From the NCBI GenBank assembly GCA_963793265.1, contig CAWBZI010000005.1, forward strand, positions 96,001 to 160,000: 64,000 bases of DNA, in the 5' to 3' direction. This stretch comes from an uncultured cyanobacterium (GTDB lineage Bacteria; Cyanobacteriota; Cyanobacteriia; Phormidesmidales; Phormidesmidaceae). This document shows, one piece after another, positions 31,122 to 40,888 of the stretch. Below the pieces are notes generated by a model. The model saw only the letters and a program-made list of their open reading frames with translations. It was not told the DNA's origin and did not search any database. Within the stretch, counting starts at the first letter, position 1. The number at the start of each line of letters is the position of its first letter. Made by a program: the position numbers and the translations under genes.

Positions 31122-32507
31122 CTAATTGGATAAAAAGCGAGATTGGATGAGGGTAAAGAGCGATCGCATCCCCATGGCATCGCCGCCTTTAGGCCGCCCT
31201 GGCCGCCCGCGCATATTAAACGCCATGAAATCAACATGAATCCAAGGCTTTTGCCCTGAGGTAAACTCACGTAAAAACAAAGCCGCCGTAATCGCGCCGC
31301 CATAGGGCGCGCTGGAAATATTGTTAAGGTCGGCAACTTTGCTATCTAACATGTCGCGGTAGGGATTGTGCAATGGCAGTCGCCACAAAGGATCGTCTTG
31401 CTCATCTCCTGCCTGCACCAGCGCCTGAGCAATCTCATCATCGTTACAGAACAAGGCCGCAATCTCGGCTCCCACTGCCACCCGCGCCGCACCTGTCAAC
31501 GTTGCACAGTCGATCAGCAAATCAGGCGATTCACTACTGGCCTCAGTGAGCGCATCTGCTAACACCAGCCGCCCTTCTGCATCCGTGTTACCAATCTCTA
31601 CCGTAGTGCCTTGCCTGGAAGTCAGCACGTCAGAAGGGCGCGTAGAATTGCCTGAAATACTATTTTCTACAGCAGGAATGAGCACGCGCAAACGCACTGG
31701 CAGCTTCATCTGCATGATCATCTTAGCCAGGCCAAGCACCTGAGCCGAGCCGCCCATATCCTTTTTCATCAGCTTCATACCCGCCGATGACTTCATATTT
31801 AAGCCGCCCGTGTCAAAGCAAACGCCTTTGCCCACCAGTGTCACCTTAGGCGCTGAGGGCTCACCCCAGGAGAAATCTACTAAACGAGGCGTTTGAGAAT
31901 TTGAATGGCCGTTAGCCTGGCCCACCGCATACACCATTGGGTAGTTGGCTTCTACCAAATCCTCACCTACCGTCACGCTATAGTCAGCGCCAAACTCATC
32001 AGCTACCTTTTTTGCAGCGTCTGCGAGCTGGGCTGGCCCCATGTCTAGCGCGGGCGTGTTGATTAGATCGCGCACAAGGTAGGTCGCTTCGGCTGCTGCC
32101 GTTACGTACGCCTGATCGACGTTTTTGGGAAAGGCAAGTTCGGGTAGGGCGTTGGCATCTGTTCGCTTGTAGCGGGTGAAGCGGTATTGGCCCAGCGTCC
32201 AGCCTAAGCAAAGCTTGTTGGTAATCTCGGCGGGCAAATCGTCGGCTAGCTCGTACTTTTGGGCAGGTAGCGTGTGGGCAAGGCGTCCGAGTGTCCAGGT
32301 GTCGAGCGTGTCGGGCTTACCGACCAAAACGCGATCTAGCTCACCGTCAGCAGAGGGCACCAGGCAGTATTTGCCCGCTTGACCTGTAAAACCAGACATT
32401 TCTAGCCAAACCGCTTGCTTCGCATAGTCGCGCTTAATTTGAGCTTCATCGACAAAATGTAGGGGGATATTAGCAGGCAAGGATTTGACTCCGAGAAGTT
32501 TGATCAC
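31122..32507 (-). CDS. M17 leucyl aminopeptidase family
   Basis: VGKGVCFDTGG, MKKDMGG, NTDAEGRLVLAD, ATLTGA; the track start at 32555 lies in an upstream terminator, so GTG 32507 is preferred. Confidence 0.92.
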   Translation of the reverse strand: MIKLLGVKSLPANIPLHFVDEAQIKRDYAKQAVWLEMSGFTGQAGKYCLVPSADGELDRVLVGKPDTLDTWTLGRLAHTLPAQKYELADDLPAEITNKLCLGWTLGQYRFTRYKRTDANALPELAFPKNVDQAYVTAAAEATYLVRDLINTPALDMGPAQLADAAKKVADEFGADYSVTVGEDLVEANYPMVYAVGQANGHSNSQTPRLVDFSWGEPSAPKVTLVGKGVCFDTGGLNMKSSAGMKLMKKDMGGSAQVLGLAKMIMQMKLPVRLRVLIPAVENSISGNSTRPSDVLTSRQGTTVEIGNTDAEGRLVLADALTEASSESPDLLIDCATLTGAARVAVGAEIAALFCNDDEIAQALVQAGDEQDDPLWRLPLHNPYRDMLDSKVADLNNISSAPYGGAITAALFLREFTSGQKPWIHVDFMAFNMRGRPGRPKGGDAMGMRSLFTLIQSRFLSN

Positions 32508-32553
32508 TCTAAACCCTAGCAGAGTTGCCCGTGAGAATATATAGATACAGCAC

Positions 32554-32590
32554 AAAAAAGCGACTGAGGCACTTATACCTCAGTCGCTTT
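32554..32590 (-). terminator. Intrinsic terminator after the DoxX gene
   Basis: AAAGCGACTGAGG/CCTCAGTCGCTTT 13-bp stem with a U-tract on the minus strand. Confidence 0.85.
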
Positions 32591-32630
32591 ACGTTTATTA
32601 AGCTAGCTGCCTTTAAAGACTGATTAGAGA

Positions 32631-33170
32631 CTAGACTTCAGACTTTTGCACGGGATTCTTACCGGCTGGAAACTTGTCTTTGATGCGCATGACTTGCTTA
32701 GCTTTTGCGGAGAGTGCAGTGGTGTCGATGCGGTCGGTGAGCAGTGCGTCAAAGGAGAATAGACCTGCGCCGTTAATAGCGAAGTACAAGAAACAAGCTG
32801 CGTAGATTGCAGACAGCTCCAGGTAAGGCAGGCTGAGGCCAGCGACTTTGATGTGGTGGTACATTGCCACACACATTGTACTAAACAGGCCGAGCGCAGC
32901 GGGGCGAGTAAACAGGCCGACCATGACCAAAGGCGCACCGATTAGCTCAGTGTAGGCTGCGATGTAGCTGAGGAAAATAGGGAATGGAAGGCCGAGGTAG
33001 GCAACGTAGGCTTGCGCAAATCCTTCGATGTCAGCGAGCTTGTCCATGCCGTTGTGGATCATCATGATGCCGAGAACAGCGCGGGCGATCGCAAGGGTCG
33101 TCTGTGAGGCGAGGTTAGCGTTGACGTTGGGCTGAAATATAGTGCCCAGCAGTTTTTTTGCAGAGTTCAT
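32631..33170 (-). CDS. DoxX family membrane protein
   Basis: R..LG.MMIHNG..KL, ELIG..GLFTRPAA, GAGLFSFD. Confidence 0.9.
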   Translation of the reverse strand: MNSAKKLLGTIFQPNVNANLASQTTLAIARAVLGIMMIHNGMDKLADIEGFAQAYVAYLGLPFPIFLSYIAAYTELIGAPLVMVGLFTRPAALGLFSTMCVAMYHHIKVAGLSLPYLELSAIYAACFLYFAINGAGLFSFDALLTDRIDTTALSAKAKQVMRIKDKFPAGKNPVQKSEV

Positions 33171-33393
33171 AGGTTATTTATGGTGTGCTAAAGGAGGACG
33201 TGAAGAAATATAAATTATTTCGCGGTGGCTATGTAAATAAGTATAACGATTTACTGCTCATATTGTAAGTAATAAAAAGCGCTAATTGTGTAGCTTTCGC
33301 GACATTTCTCCCTTTCGACGCACTTTTCGGACTCTCATAAATAGAAGTCCATCTGAGAGATTAAGGGAAGTTGGGTTGATTTTTATTAATTTA

Positions 33394-34899
33394 TTACTTT
33401 GGAACTAGGCTGCGAGGCTGAGAAGAGACACAGCTAATTCGGTAGATTGGAGTGTTGGAGGCGGATAGGGCTAGGGTGCTAGCGGCGTGAAAGGGCACAA
33501 AGTCGTAGCCGGTGCCGGAGCGCGTGCCGGTTTCGACCTTTACGAGACGGTCTACCTGGCGGCGATCGCCCGATGGCAGAAAGTTGATTGGCCCAGTCGC
33601 GCTACTCACGCTGAAGTCGGCATTGTCTAAAGCAAGCTTGAGCCCTTCTCGGCTGGGGTCGTCTTGCAGGCCAGCAGCGATCGCAACTACCGCGTCATAG
33701 GCCGTCGCCGTCCGCCAGCTCACATCCCCTTCCCACAAATTCCGAGAGCTAGTGACAAAATCCATTGGTGAATCCTGCGCCAGGATATGCCATGGCACAG
33801 CCACCGTAAGCGCCTGAGAATCTGGCCCGGTTTCTTCTAAAATGCCGCGATTGTACAGCTCATCGCCGCCGAGAATAGGCAGTCGCCTGCGGTTGTAGTT
33901 AATAACATCTGCGGCTTCTTCCATGGTTTCTAAGCTAGCTGCAATCATCAGCGCATCAGCACCTTCTTCAATCGCGTCGTCTTGCACTTCGGGGTCAAAG
34001 CTGTTTTGAGAAAGATCGTACTCACCCATGACCTCGCCGCCCCAAGCCTCAATAAACATCTCAAACTCTTCTTTGAGTGAGTTGCTTAAATCGCTGCTGG
34101 AATCGTAGTAGATAGCGGCATTGGGAAGTTCACGGTAGTAGATCATGTAGGCCGCAAGGGCAGCCGCGGCAAAGCTATCGCTGGGGATGGTGCGATAGAG
34201 ATAGGGGCTAACACCAGAGAGTTCTACGGCGGTGCTCACCGGGGAAACGCTGACTAGCTCGCCAGCTTCATAAACGGGCGCTGTAGCTAGGGTGACATCG
34301 CTTGAGTAGTGGCCGACAACACCCACAATGCTGGGGTCATCTACGAGGGTTGCCGCAATGCCTCGGGCGATCTCTTCGTCGTCGCCATCGTTTACAATCA
34401 CTAGCCTGAGCGGTACGCCGTCAATGCCACCGTTGCGGTTGATGTCGTATTGGGCCTGGGCGGCTCCTCGTAAAATTTCGAGGCCGATATTGCTGGTGCC
34501 GTTGGTGGGAGCGACAACGGCGACGGTGAGCGATCGCTGGTTGGCAATGCGGGCGTTGCTGCGATAGATAAGGGCTTCTGGATCGTTGGGATCTTCGTCT
34601 AGAGAGGTGTTGAGTACGGTGATGGCGCTGGCATAGTTGCCCTGAGCGATCGCGCTGACGGCCTCTCTTTTATCTGCCGATGCCGCTGGAAATAAAATCT
34701 GCTCGCCCGCGCTCACGCGAGAAGTGATTGATTCTGGCAGGCTATTGCTAGAGGCTACGTTCGTGTTTTGCGAGGGCACCTGCACGGCCCGATCGAGCCG
34801 AGAGCTAATCGCCCAGAATATAAGGGATATACCGCCCACTAAGCCAAAGGCAAGCAACGTAGCCAATATGGCAAATCGGCTGTTGTTTTCCTGAGACAT
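33394..34899 (-). CDS. Branched-chain-amino-acid-type ABC substrate-binding protein with TPR-like segment
   Basis: N-terminal TM, NDPEALIY, EILRGAAQAQ, VVGHYSS, WRTATAYDA, GYDFVP. Confidence 0.88.
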   Translation of the reverse strand: MSQENNSRFAILATLLAFGLVGGISLIFWAISSRLDRAVQVPSQNTNVASSNSLPESITSRVSAGEQILFPAASADKREAVSAIAQGNYASAITVLNTSLDEDPNDPEALIYRSNARIANQRSLTVAVVAPTNGTSNIGLEILRGAAQAQYDINRNGGIDGVPLRLVIVNDGDDEEIARGIAATLVDDPSIVGVVGHYSSDVTLATAPVYEAGELVSVSPVSTAVELSGVSPYLYRTIPSDSFAAAALAAYMIYYRELPNAAIYYDSSSDLSNSLKEEFEMFIEAWGGEVMGEYDLSQNSFDPEVQDDAIEEGADALMIAASLETMEEAADVINYNRRRLPILGGDELYNRGILEETGPDSQALTVAVPWHILAQDSPMDFVTSSRNLWEGDVSWRTATAYDAVVAIAAGLQDDPSREGLKLALDNADFSVSSATGPINFLPSGDRRQVDRLVKVETGTRSGTGYDFVPFHAASTLALSASNTPIYRISCVSSQPRSLVPK

Positions 34900-35134
34900 A
34901 ACCTAATAGCGGCCCCTAAGCAAAGGTGTGATGTTCTTACTAGCGAATCATACCAACTATACGGTGTTTTCGGCTCTCACCGATACGTTGCAATAGTGAT
35001 TGCAATAATACACGTATTTTATTGTTTTGAGAGGATTTACCACGCGTTACGAATGACTTTGCGTCGTTTCTACAGGGTTACAGTTCCGTAACATTATGGA
35101 TTTTCAGGGGGTTTTAGAGCGTGTTCGTACAAAG

Positions 35135-36691
35135 CTACAGCGATAAAGTGCTGAGCATTTTTTGATGATCGCGAACGGGGATTAGGGTGTGAGCTGCGAT
35201 CGCCCCGCTAGCCGCAACAGCCGGTAGGCCGATACCTGGAAAAGTAGAATCACCACAGCACAGCAGACCTTCAATGGGCGTTTTGGGGCCAGGAAAGAGA
35301 GATTTTCCAGCCGCGATCGCAGGCCCATAAGATCCTCGATAGCGCCGCAAATAGCGTTCGTGCGTAAGCGGCGTTCCGGTCAGAGAAAGCGCGACTCTCT
35401 GTCGAATATCAGGTATCACGCGCTCTAGCGCCTGCCACATTACCTGCGATCGCGCCTCTTTTTGATCAGCGTAAGCCTCGCCTGTGCGCGCCAGATACTC
35501 CCACAGCTCATAGGGTTCATTGCCCGGCGTGTACACGTGAATTGCGTGCTTTCCAGGCGGCGCTAGTGACGGGTCAAGCACCGAAGGAATAGAGATCAGA
35601 ATCAAATTTTGAGGGGCTGTAATTCCCTGCGCCCAATCATTAACAACAATGTGATGACAGGCCAAATCGGCGGGTAGCCCTGCGGCCTCAATGCCCAAGT
35701 GCAGATGCATAAAACTCTCGCAGGGTGGCGTAGCCTGTCTTTTTTCAACAAACTTCTCAGGTGCTCCACCGGCTGGAATCAGCTTGAGCGTATCCCACAC
35801 AGACGCATTAGAAACCACCGCCAAGCTAGCCTCAATCATCTCGCCATTACGCAGGCGTACGCCCGTCGCCCTGCCATTCTTCGTATTGATTTGAGTGACG
35901 TGCGCGCCCGTTTTAATCTCTCCTTTGTGCTTGGTAATACCCCGTACCAGCGCCTCTACCAGCGCCGCCGAGCCGCCCATGGGATAGTCGAGCTGAACGC
36001 CGGGTCGATACCAGTCAGCAAACATAAAAGCGACTTCAGCCGTACTCGTGCCGCTCGCAGGCAGTCCTGATAGCAAAAAGCACAGCATGTTTAGCCAGTT
36101 GCGGATAAAGGGATCGGTCACAACTCTATCCATAATGCGGCTGAAAGGCCCAGCCAGCTTAGGCGTATTCGCAGCGTGTTTGAGCAATCTAGGTGCAAAC
36201 GGCCCCACGGTGCGCACCGCTCCCCAGTCAAATCGCACGGCAGCCGTCGGTAGGGCTACCGCCGCACTCGCTAAAGGCTTCATCACCCTTTGCAGCTCCC
36301 GCCATTGGGCTACTGCCTCATCCCCTCGCAGCCGTTGCAAAACATCGCAGAACTGATCGGCTCCTACTGCTGTTTTGAACTCACCTTCGGGCAGGTAACA
36401 GCCCCATGTGTCGTAGTTGGCCCAGGGAATATCTTCATCAATAATGTCTAGCACCTGTCGCAACGGATTAGGCGAAGGGCTGTAGGACATGCCTGAATAT
36501 AAGGAGGGGCCAGAGTCAAACTGATAGCCATCGCGATTGAAGCCGTGAGCTGCGCCACCAAGGAGCGTATGACTTTCGCAAACAGTTACTGTAAGGCCGT
36601 AGTGTGCGAGTAGCGCAGCGCAACAGAGGCCGCCAATACCGCTGCCGATAATCACGACATCCGTTTTCTGTTCTTTGGGTGAGGCGATCAT
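35135..36691 (-). CDS. Phytoene desaturase/carotenoid isomerase-like FAD oxidoreductase
   Basis: IIGSGIGGL, FDSGPSL, GTPLTHERY, CGDSTFPGIGLPAVAASG. Confidence 0.88.
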   Translation of the reverse strand: MIASPKEQKTDVVIIGSGIGGLCCAALLAHYGLTVTVCESHTLLGGAAHGFNRDGYQFDSGPSLYSGMSYSPSPNPLRQVLDIIDEDIPWANYDTWGCYLPEGEFKTAVGADQFCDVLQRLRGDEAVAQWRELQRVMKPLASAAVALPTAAVRFDWGAVRTVGPFAPRLLKHAANTPKLAGPFSRIMDRVVTDPFIRNWLNMLCFLLSGLPASGTSTAEVAFMFADWYRPGVQLDYPMGGSAALVEALVRGITKHKGEIKTGAHVTQINTKNGRATGVRLRNGEMIEASLAVVSNASVWDTLKLIPAGGAPEKFVEKRQATPPCESFMHLHLGIEAAGLPADLACHHIVVNDWAQGITAPQNLILISIPSVLDPSLAPPGKHAIHVYTPGNEPYELWEYLARTGEAYADQKEARSQVMWQALERVIPDIRQRVALSLTGTPLTHERYLRRYRGSYGPAIAAGKSLFPGPKTPIEGLLCCGDSTFPGIGLPAVAASGAIAAHTLIPVRDHQKMLSTLSL

Positions 36692-37041
36692 GAGAGCTTA
36701 GCGATTTTCTCTTCTTCTTTCGCGCGAAAGCCGACCAGAACAGCCTTACCGTCTTTTTCAAAAAGAGGTCGCTTGAGCAGCATAGCGTCTTTTGCAAAAG
36801 CGGTTGTCCACTGCTCATCGCTCCATTCTTTTTTCTCTTCACCAAGGGCGCGATAAGAGAGCCCGGACGTGTTGCGCATAGACTTGGTGGTGAGCGCTTC
36901 AATCCAGGCGGTGATTTGCTCGGCGCTGGGGGGCTGCTCTTTGGTGTTGATAAATTCGTAAGCAATATCTTGTTGCGCTAGCCAGGCCATTGCCTTTTTG
37001 CAGGTGCCGCAGTTAGGAATGCCGTAAACTTTTAGACTCAT
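36688..37041 (-). CDS. ArsC/Spx/MgsR family protein
   Basis: VYGIPNCGTCKKA, NTSGLSYR, LLKRP, VGF; ATG at 37041. Confidence 0.9.
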   Translation of the reverse strand: MSLKVYGIPNCGTCKKAMAWLAQQDIAYEFINTKEQPPSAEQITAWIEALTTKSMRNTSGLSYRALGEEKKEWSDEQWTTAFAKDAMLLKRPLFEKDGKAVLVGFRAKEEEKIAKLS

Positions 37042-37084
37042 GAATTTACCTATAAACCGCCCATAGACCAAGGAGGATAGCACT

Positions 37085-38842
37085 TTATTGAGCGCCTTCA
37101 GGTGACACCGCTGGCGAACTCGGCGTAGAACTTGGGATAGCGCCTGGTACGGTATTCGGCGTAGCGTCAACCGCAGGCGGCTGCGTTCTAGCGGGTCTGA
37201 GCATGGCCTGGGTAAGCGTATCTACAATATAGAGCGGTAAGGGCTGCTGACCGATTTGAACAATAGAGTCGTCGCTCAAAACATTTTTGTAGACTGGGTT
37301 TTCAGAGACTTCTGCCTCTAGAAAGCCTAAGCTGAGCGCTTTGAGGTAGCTGTAGGCAAGCGATATGTCGGCGCTCACTAACTCGTTAGCTAGCGCAATA
37401 TCGGTGCTGCCCTCTAGAGAAGGGAGATCGTAGAGGTGAGAGCCGCCTTGGATGAGCGCTAAATAGTGATCGGGCCGGGTGGTGCCGTCTGCGGTGGGGG
37501 TGTTGAGCCAGGTGAAGGGGCGAATTTGCTCTATTAGCGCGGGGGCGATGGGGTCGCTGCTGCCGGAGATGATTAGGCTGGGAATGTCGATTTGGGCGAA
37601 TCCTGTTGGGCCAAATAGGCTGCTGGTGACAGGATTTATAGCGATTACGGCGTCGATGCGCTCGTCTTGTAGGTCGTCGTCGAACTGCTCAGGATCTAAC
37701 AGGGCGGTGCACTGCAATAGCATGGAAGGATTGGCGGCGGTGTAGATAATCGCTTCTGAGTTGCAGTTGGCTTGCAGGGTGTCGAAGTTGAGCTGTGCGC
37801 CGGATAGGGCGAGGGCCGTGTAGCCGCCGAAGGAGTGGCCAATGATGCCAACTTTGTCGAGGTCAAAGCGATCTGAGAGCGCTCGGCCTGGTTCGTTGAG
37901 CCGGGTGAGTTCGTCTAATAAGTAGGACACGTCGCGGGGGCGATCGCTAAATTCACTGGGCTTAGCAATTTCTCTAGCAGAGCCTTCCAGCAGGGCAATG
38001 AACTGATCGGTATTGCTGCCGGGATGATCAAGGGCGGCGATCGCATAGCCGTAGCTAGCGAGATGCTGGGCTAGTTCGACAAATCCTTTGCGATCGCCTG
38101 CTAGCCCATGAGAGATTACGATCAAAGGCGCGTTGGCTGTTTCGGGTAAATAGAGATCGATAGGCAAGGCACGATTACGCTCTGAATCAGTGAATGTAAG
38201 CGTTTGAATCGTCACTGCCTGCGGCCCTGGCTGAGCCGCATCGGCCAAAACTGAAGGATCTAAACCAACGCGGGAGGTCGGCGTAGCCTGATTTTCGATT
38301 GCCGTCAGAGCGGCCTGCGTGTTTTGAATGAGCTGAGTGAACCCGCCAAACGCTTGAAATGCCCGCCGCGAATCGATCCGAACGCCGCCTGTCGGAAATT
38401 TTTCAAGCACATTTAATAGAGAAAGCCCGTCTGGCTCGGCGGCAGCTAGCACTAGGGCACCCCTTAGCCCTTTGGCTCCGTCTCTACGGCCCTGGGTTTG
38501 AATAATTTCACCCAGGTAGCGCAAAATATTTGAACCGATAGAAGAGTACAGGAATTGAGAAATTGCAACGGGGCTAACGTCTTGTTTAGCGTTGAGAGCG
38601 GCTCGAAACTGCGCCTGCTGCTCTTCGCTCAAAAACCTCAGATAGGGGTCTAGCTCTCTATTCGCCTTGCCTTCCTCAGCGTAGGTTCTTAAGGCTTCTA
38701 CCGACGTAGAAATTTCGACGAATCCATACGTTAGCGTGACCCTTTCAGCGGCGACAGCAGGGGTGGTGGCAAGTACGCCACCTAAGCAAGCGCCGCCTAG
38801 CAGTAGCGAGCGGGCTAACCGACGAGATAGGGGAAGGGCCAT
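37085..38842 (-). CDS. Secreted DUF1400 alpha/beta hydrolase
   Basis: Signal peptide (AVA-AERV), LRGALVLAA, ISHGL, HPGS, GHSFGG nucleophile elbow. Confidence 0.9.
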   Translation of the reverse strand: MALPLSRRLARSLLLGGACLGGVLATTPAVAAERVTLTYGFVEISTSVEALRTYAEEGKANRELDPYLRFLSEEQQAQFRAALNAKQDVSPVAISQFLYSSIGSNILRYLGEIIQTQGRRDGAKGLRGALVLAAAEPDGLSLLNVLEKFPTGGVRIDSRRAFQAFGGFTQLIQNTQAALTAIENQATPTSRVGLDPSVLADAAQPGPQAVTIQTLTFTDSERNRALPIDLYLPETANAPLIVISHGLAGDRKGFVELAQHLASYGYAIAALDHPGSNTDQFIALLEGSAREIAKPSEFSDRPRDVSYLLDELTRLNEPGRALSDRFDLDKVGIIGHSFGGYTALALSGAQLNFDTLQANCNSEAIIYTAANPSMLLQCTALLDPEQFDDDLQDERIDAVIAINPVTSSLFGPTGFAQIDIPSLIISGSSDPIAPALIEQIRPFTWLNTPTADGTTRPDHYLALIQGGSHLYDLPSLEGSTDIALANELVSADISLAYSYLKALSLGFLEAEVSENPVYKNVLSDDSIVQIGQQPLPLYIVDTLTQAMLRPARTQPPAVDATPNTVPGAIPSSTPSSPAVSPEGAQ

Positions 38843-38861
38843 ATGATTTTTTATAGAAGTT

Positions 38862-38886
38862 GCTAAACCAACGGGTTTAGTTTAGC
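38862..38886. promoter_or_regulatory. Palindromic operator-like site CTAAAC-N11-GTTTAG (copy 1)
   Basis: GCTAAACCAACGGGTTTAGTTTAGC, 20 bp upstream of the hydrolase ATG; core is 20/23 identical to 59118-59140. Confidence 0.6.
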
Positions 38887-38889
38887 GAA

Positions 38890-40117
38890 TTAGCGATTGG
38901 GTGAGGGCATAAGGTGGACGGATGCTACGCCCTCGCGCAGACCTTTTTGTTCGTGAAGCCAGATGTTTTGAGCAAAGCGGAAGGGGCCGAAGGTGGTTGC
39001 GATCGCTTTAAATCCCCAGTAAGGCAGTCCCGGCTGCGAAATAAACGCAACCTTGCGCCACTCAGCTAGCTGCATTTTTTGTACTGCTTTGATTTCAGGC
39101 GATCGCTCTGCTTGAATAGCCTCAAACACGTCATCAACGGAATTATCGTCCAGACGCGCAAACTGATTAGCAACAACAATCGCATCGCGCAGACGCCATA
39201 TTGATGCCCTGCGCCCGATTAGGGGCCATTGGGTGAGCCGCATCGCCAATCAGCAACAAACCTGGAACCGTCCACGAGTCACAGCATCCAACCTGCACAT
39301 CTAAATATATTGGCCCTTCTAGCTCGTCTTTGTGCGCCCGGAAGTGACTAGCTAATTCTGCTGGTAAAGCCTGCGAAAACTCTTCTATCCAATCTTTCTC
39401 TTTCAACGCCGCGAGTCCACCCTTCTTATGAGCTTTCTTTTCAACAATCCAGCCAATCTGCAAACGCCCATCCCAGGAGGGATAAAACGCAAACTGCCGG
39501 TCGGGTTGCAAGCATGCGAAGAAAGGCGTTTCTGGTGATAGAGACTCGGGGGCCGGTAGCTTGAACCACAGCACATCAAATTCTGCATCGGACTTTTGAA
39601 GGTTTAGACCAGCTAGCTTACGCAAACAAGAGTAGCGGCCATCGCAGGCGATTACGCAGTCGGCGGCAAAGTCTCTAACTTCACCGTTTTGTGAGGCACG
39701 AAGTCCAACAACTTTATTCTGTTCATTTCGTAATAGTTCGTTTACCTGATAGCCTGTGTGGAGATGGAAGTTATGTAGCTGAGTGGCTTTTTGTGCGATC
39801 GCCTTCAGCAAAGCTCCCTGATCCATAATCTGCGTAGAGAGCCCATCATCCTCTGGCTCCTCTACCCGCATCCGCCGCCGCCCGCCTACATAAAAATCCC
39901 AAGATGTCAGCCGCCGCGATGGAATGCTCTCAAATGTCTCTTTCAATCCCATCTCGTACAGCGCTTCTAACCCAGCAGGCATGAGCCCTTCGCCTCTGAA
40001 GACGCGATCAAAAGCGGTTTCTTTTTCTATCAGGGCTACCTGATGCCCCTGTTGGGCTAGCAATAATGCTGTTGTTATACCGGCTGGGCCTGCGCCAGCG
40101 ATCGCAATGCGTTTCAA
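38890..40117 (-). CDS. FAD-dependent monooxygenase (UbiH-like); apparent +1 frameshift near 39193
   Basis: IAGAGPAG, RVFRGE, ACDGRYS, LIGDAAHPMAPNRAQGINMA; one extra base breaks GINMA-LRDA and the rest lies in ORF 38890..39249. Confidence 0.87.
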
Positions 40118-40210
40118 AATAGTCCAGTCCCCAACAGTTCAGTAAAAACCTATTATTGAACGCATAGCAAGCCCTCTAGCATATTCAAAGGCTTGCTATA
40201 TGCCTCATGG

Positions 40211-40459
40211 TTACATCTTTACACGACGAGTCAACACAACCATGACTTCGTTGCGATCGCCCGTCGGCACAGGCTTACTCCAATCATTAGGCTCGGCGTA
40301 GTTAAGCTTGAACAAAGTGCGGATAGTCGATTGAACCGCATGAAGGGAGCCCCGTATGGTGTGGGTCACAATCTCGGGGCTATCGTCTGAGGGAAATGAG
40401 GAATTGCCGATAGGGGGAACGGTGGACGCAGAGGCGTCCGGGCGGGCTGAAGTAAGCAT
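40211..40459 (-). CDS. Small hypothetical protein
   Basis: 82 aa; GS..AV..TI..L..L.YAE..DWS.P.PT...EVM..L pattern, which I recall from cyanobacterial hypotheticals. Confidence 0.7.
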   Translation of the reverse strand: MLTSARPDASASTVPPIGNSSFPSDDSPEIVTHTIRGSLHAVQSTIRTLFKLNYAEPNDWSKPVPTGDRNEVMVVLTRRVKM

Positions 40460-40483
40460 AGTATTTTCCGTTGTTTTGAGGAA

Positions 40484-40649
40484 ACCAGAACCCCACTAAA
40501 CCAGGCCACCCCGCGAAAATGTAGTGCAAATCGGGGTGGCTAGAGTAAAGTGACTCTAGCCGCCGGGACTGCGTGTTAGTCCGGGGGGTTAGCTATCGGT
40601 AGGTGCTAGTAACACCTATCGATAGTGCTGAGCGAAATCGAGTTCTGGT
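40484..40649. ncRNA. Putative structured RNA or leader (multi-hairpin)
   Basis: Enclosing stem ACCAGAAC/GTTCTGGT plus four internal stems (see findings); strand unresolved. Confidence 0.55.
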
Positions 40650-40657
40650 GAGAACGA

Positions 40658-40675
40658 CTGTGATAGGCATCACAG
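40658..40675. promoter_or_regulatory. CRP-type binding site
   Basis: CTGTGATAGGCATCACAG is an exact TGTGA-N6-TCACA. Confidence 0.6.
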
Positions 40676-40888
40676 CTTAGAGATGACGATAATCTGATTC
40701 TTTGCTGCCGTCAAGTGGAATTAAAATAATTGGCGAACCAGAAGACGGCAGTAATTTTATAGCGAGCGGGTCAGCGACGAGTAATCGGGTTGAGTTCAGG
40801 CCCCCTTCTAATCTATCAAGATTGGGCGCTGTAAGATATGAGAAATAAAGGGGAGTACGATGCACGATTATTAACTTAGGAAATCGCA

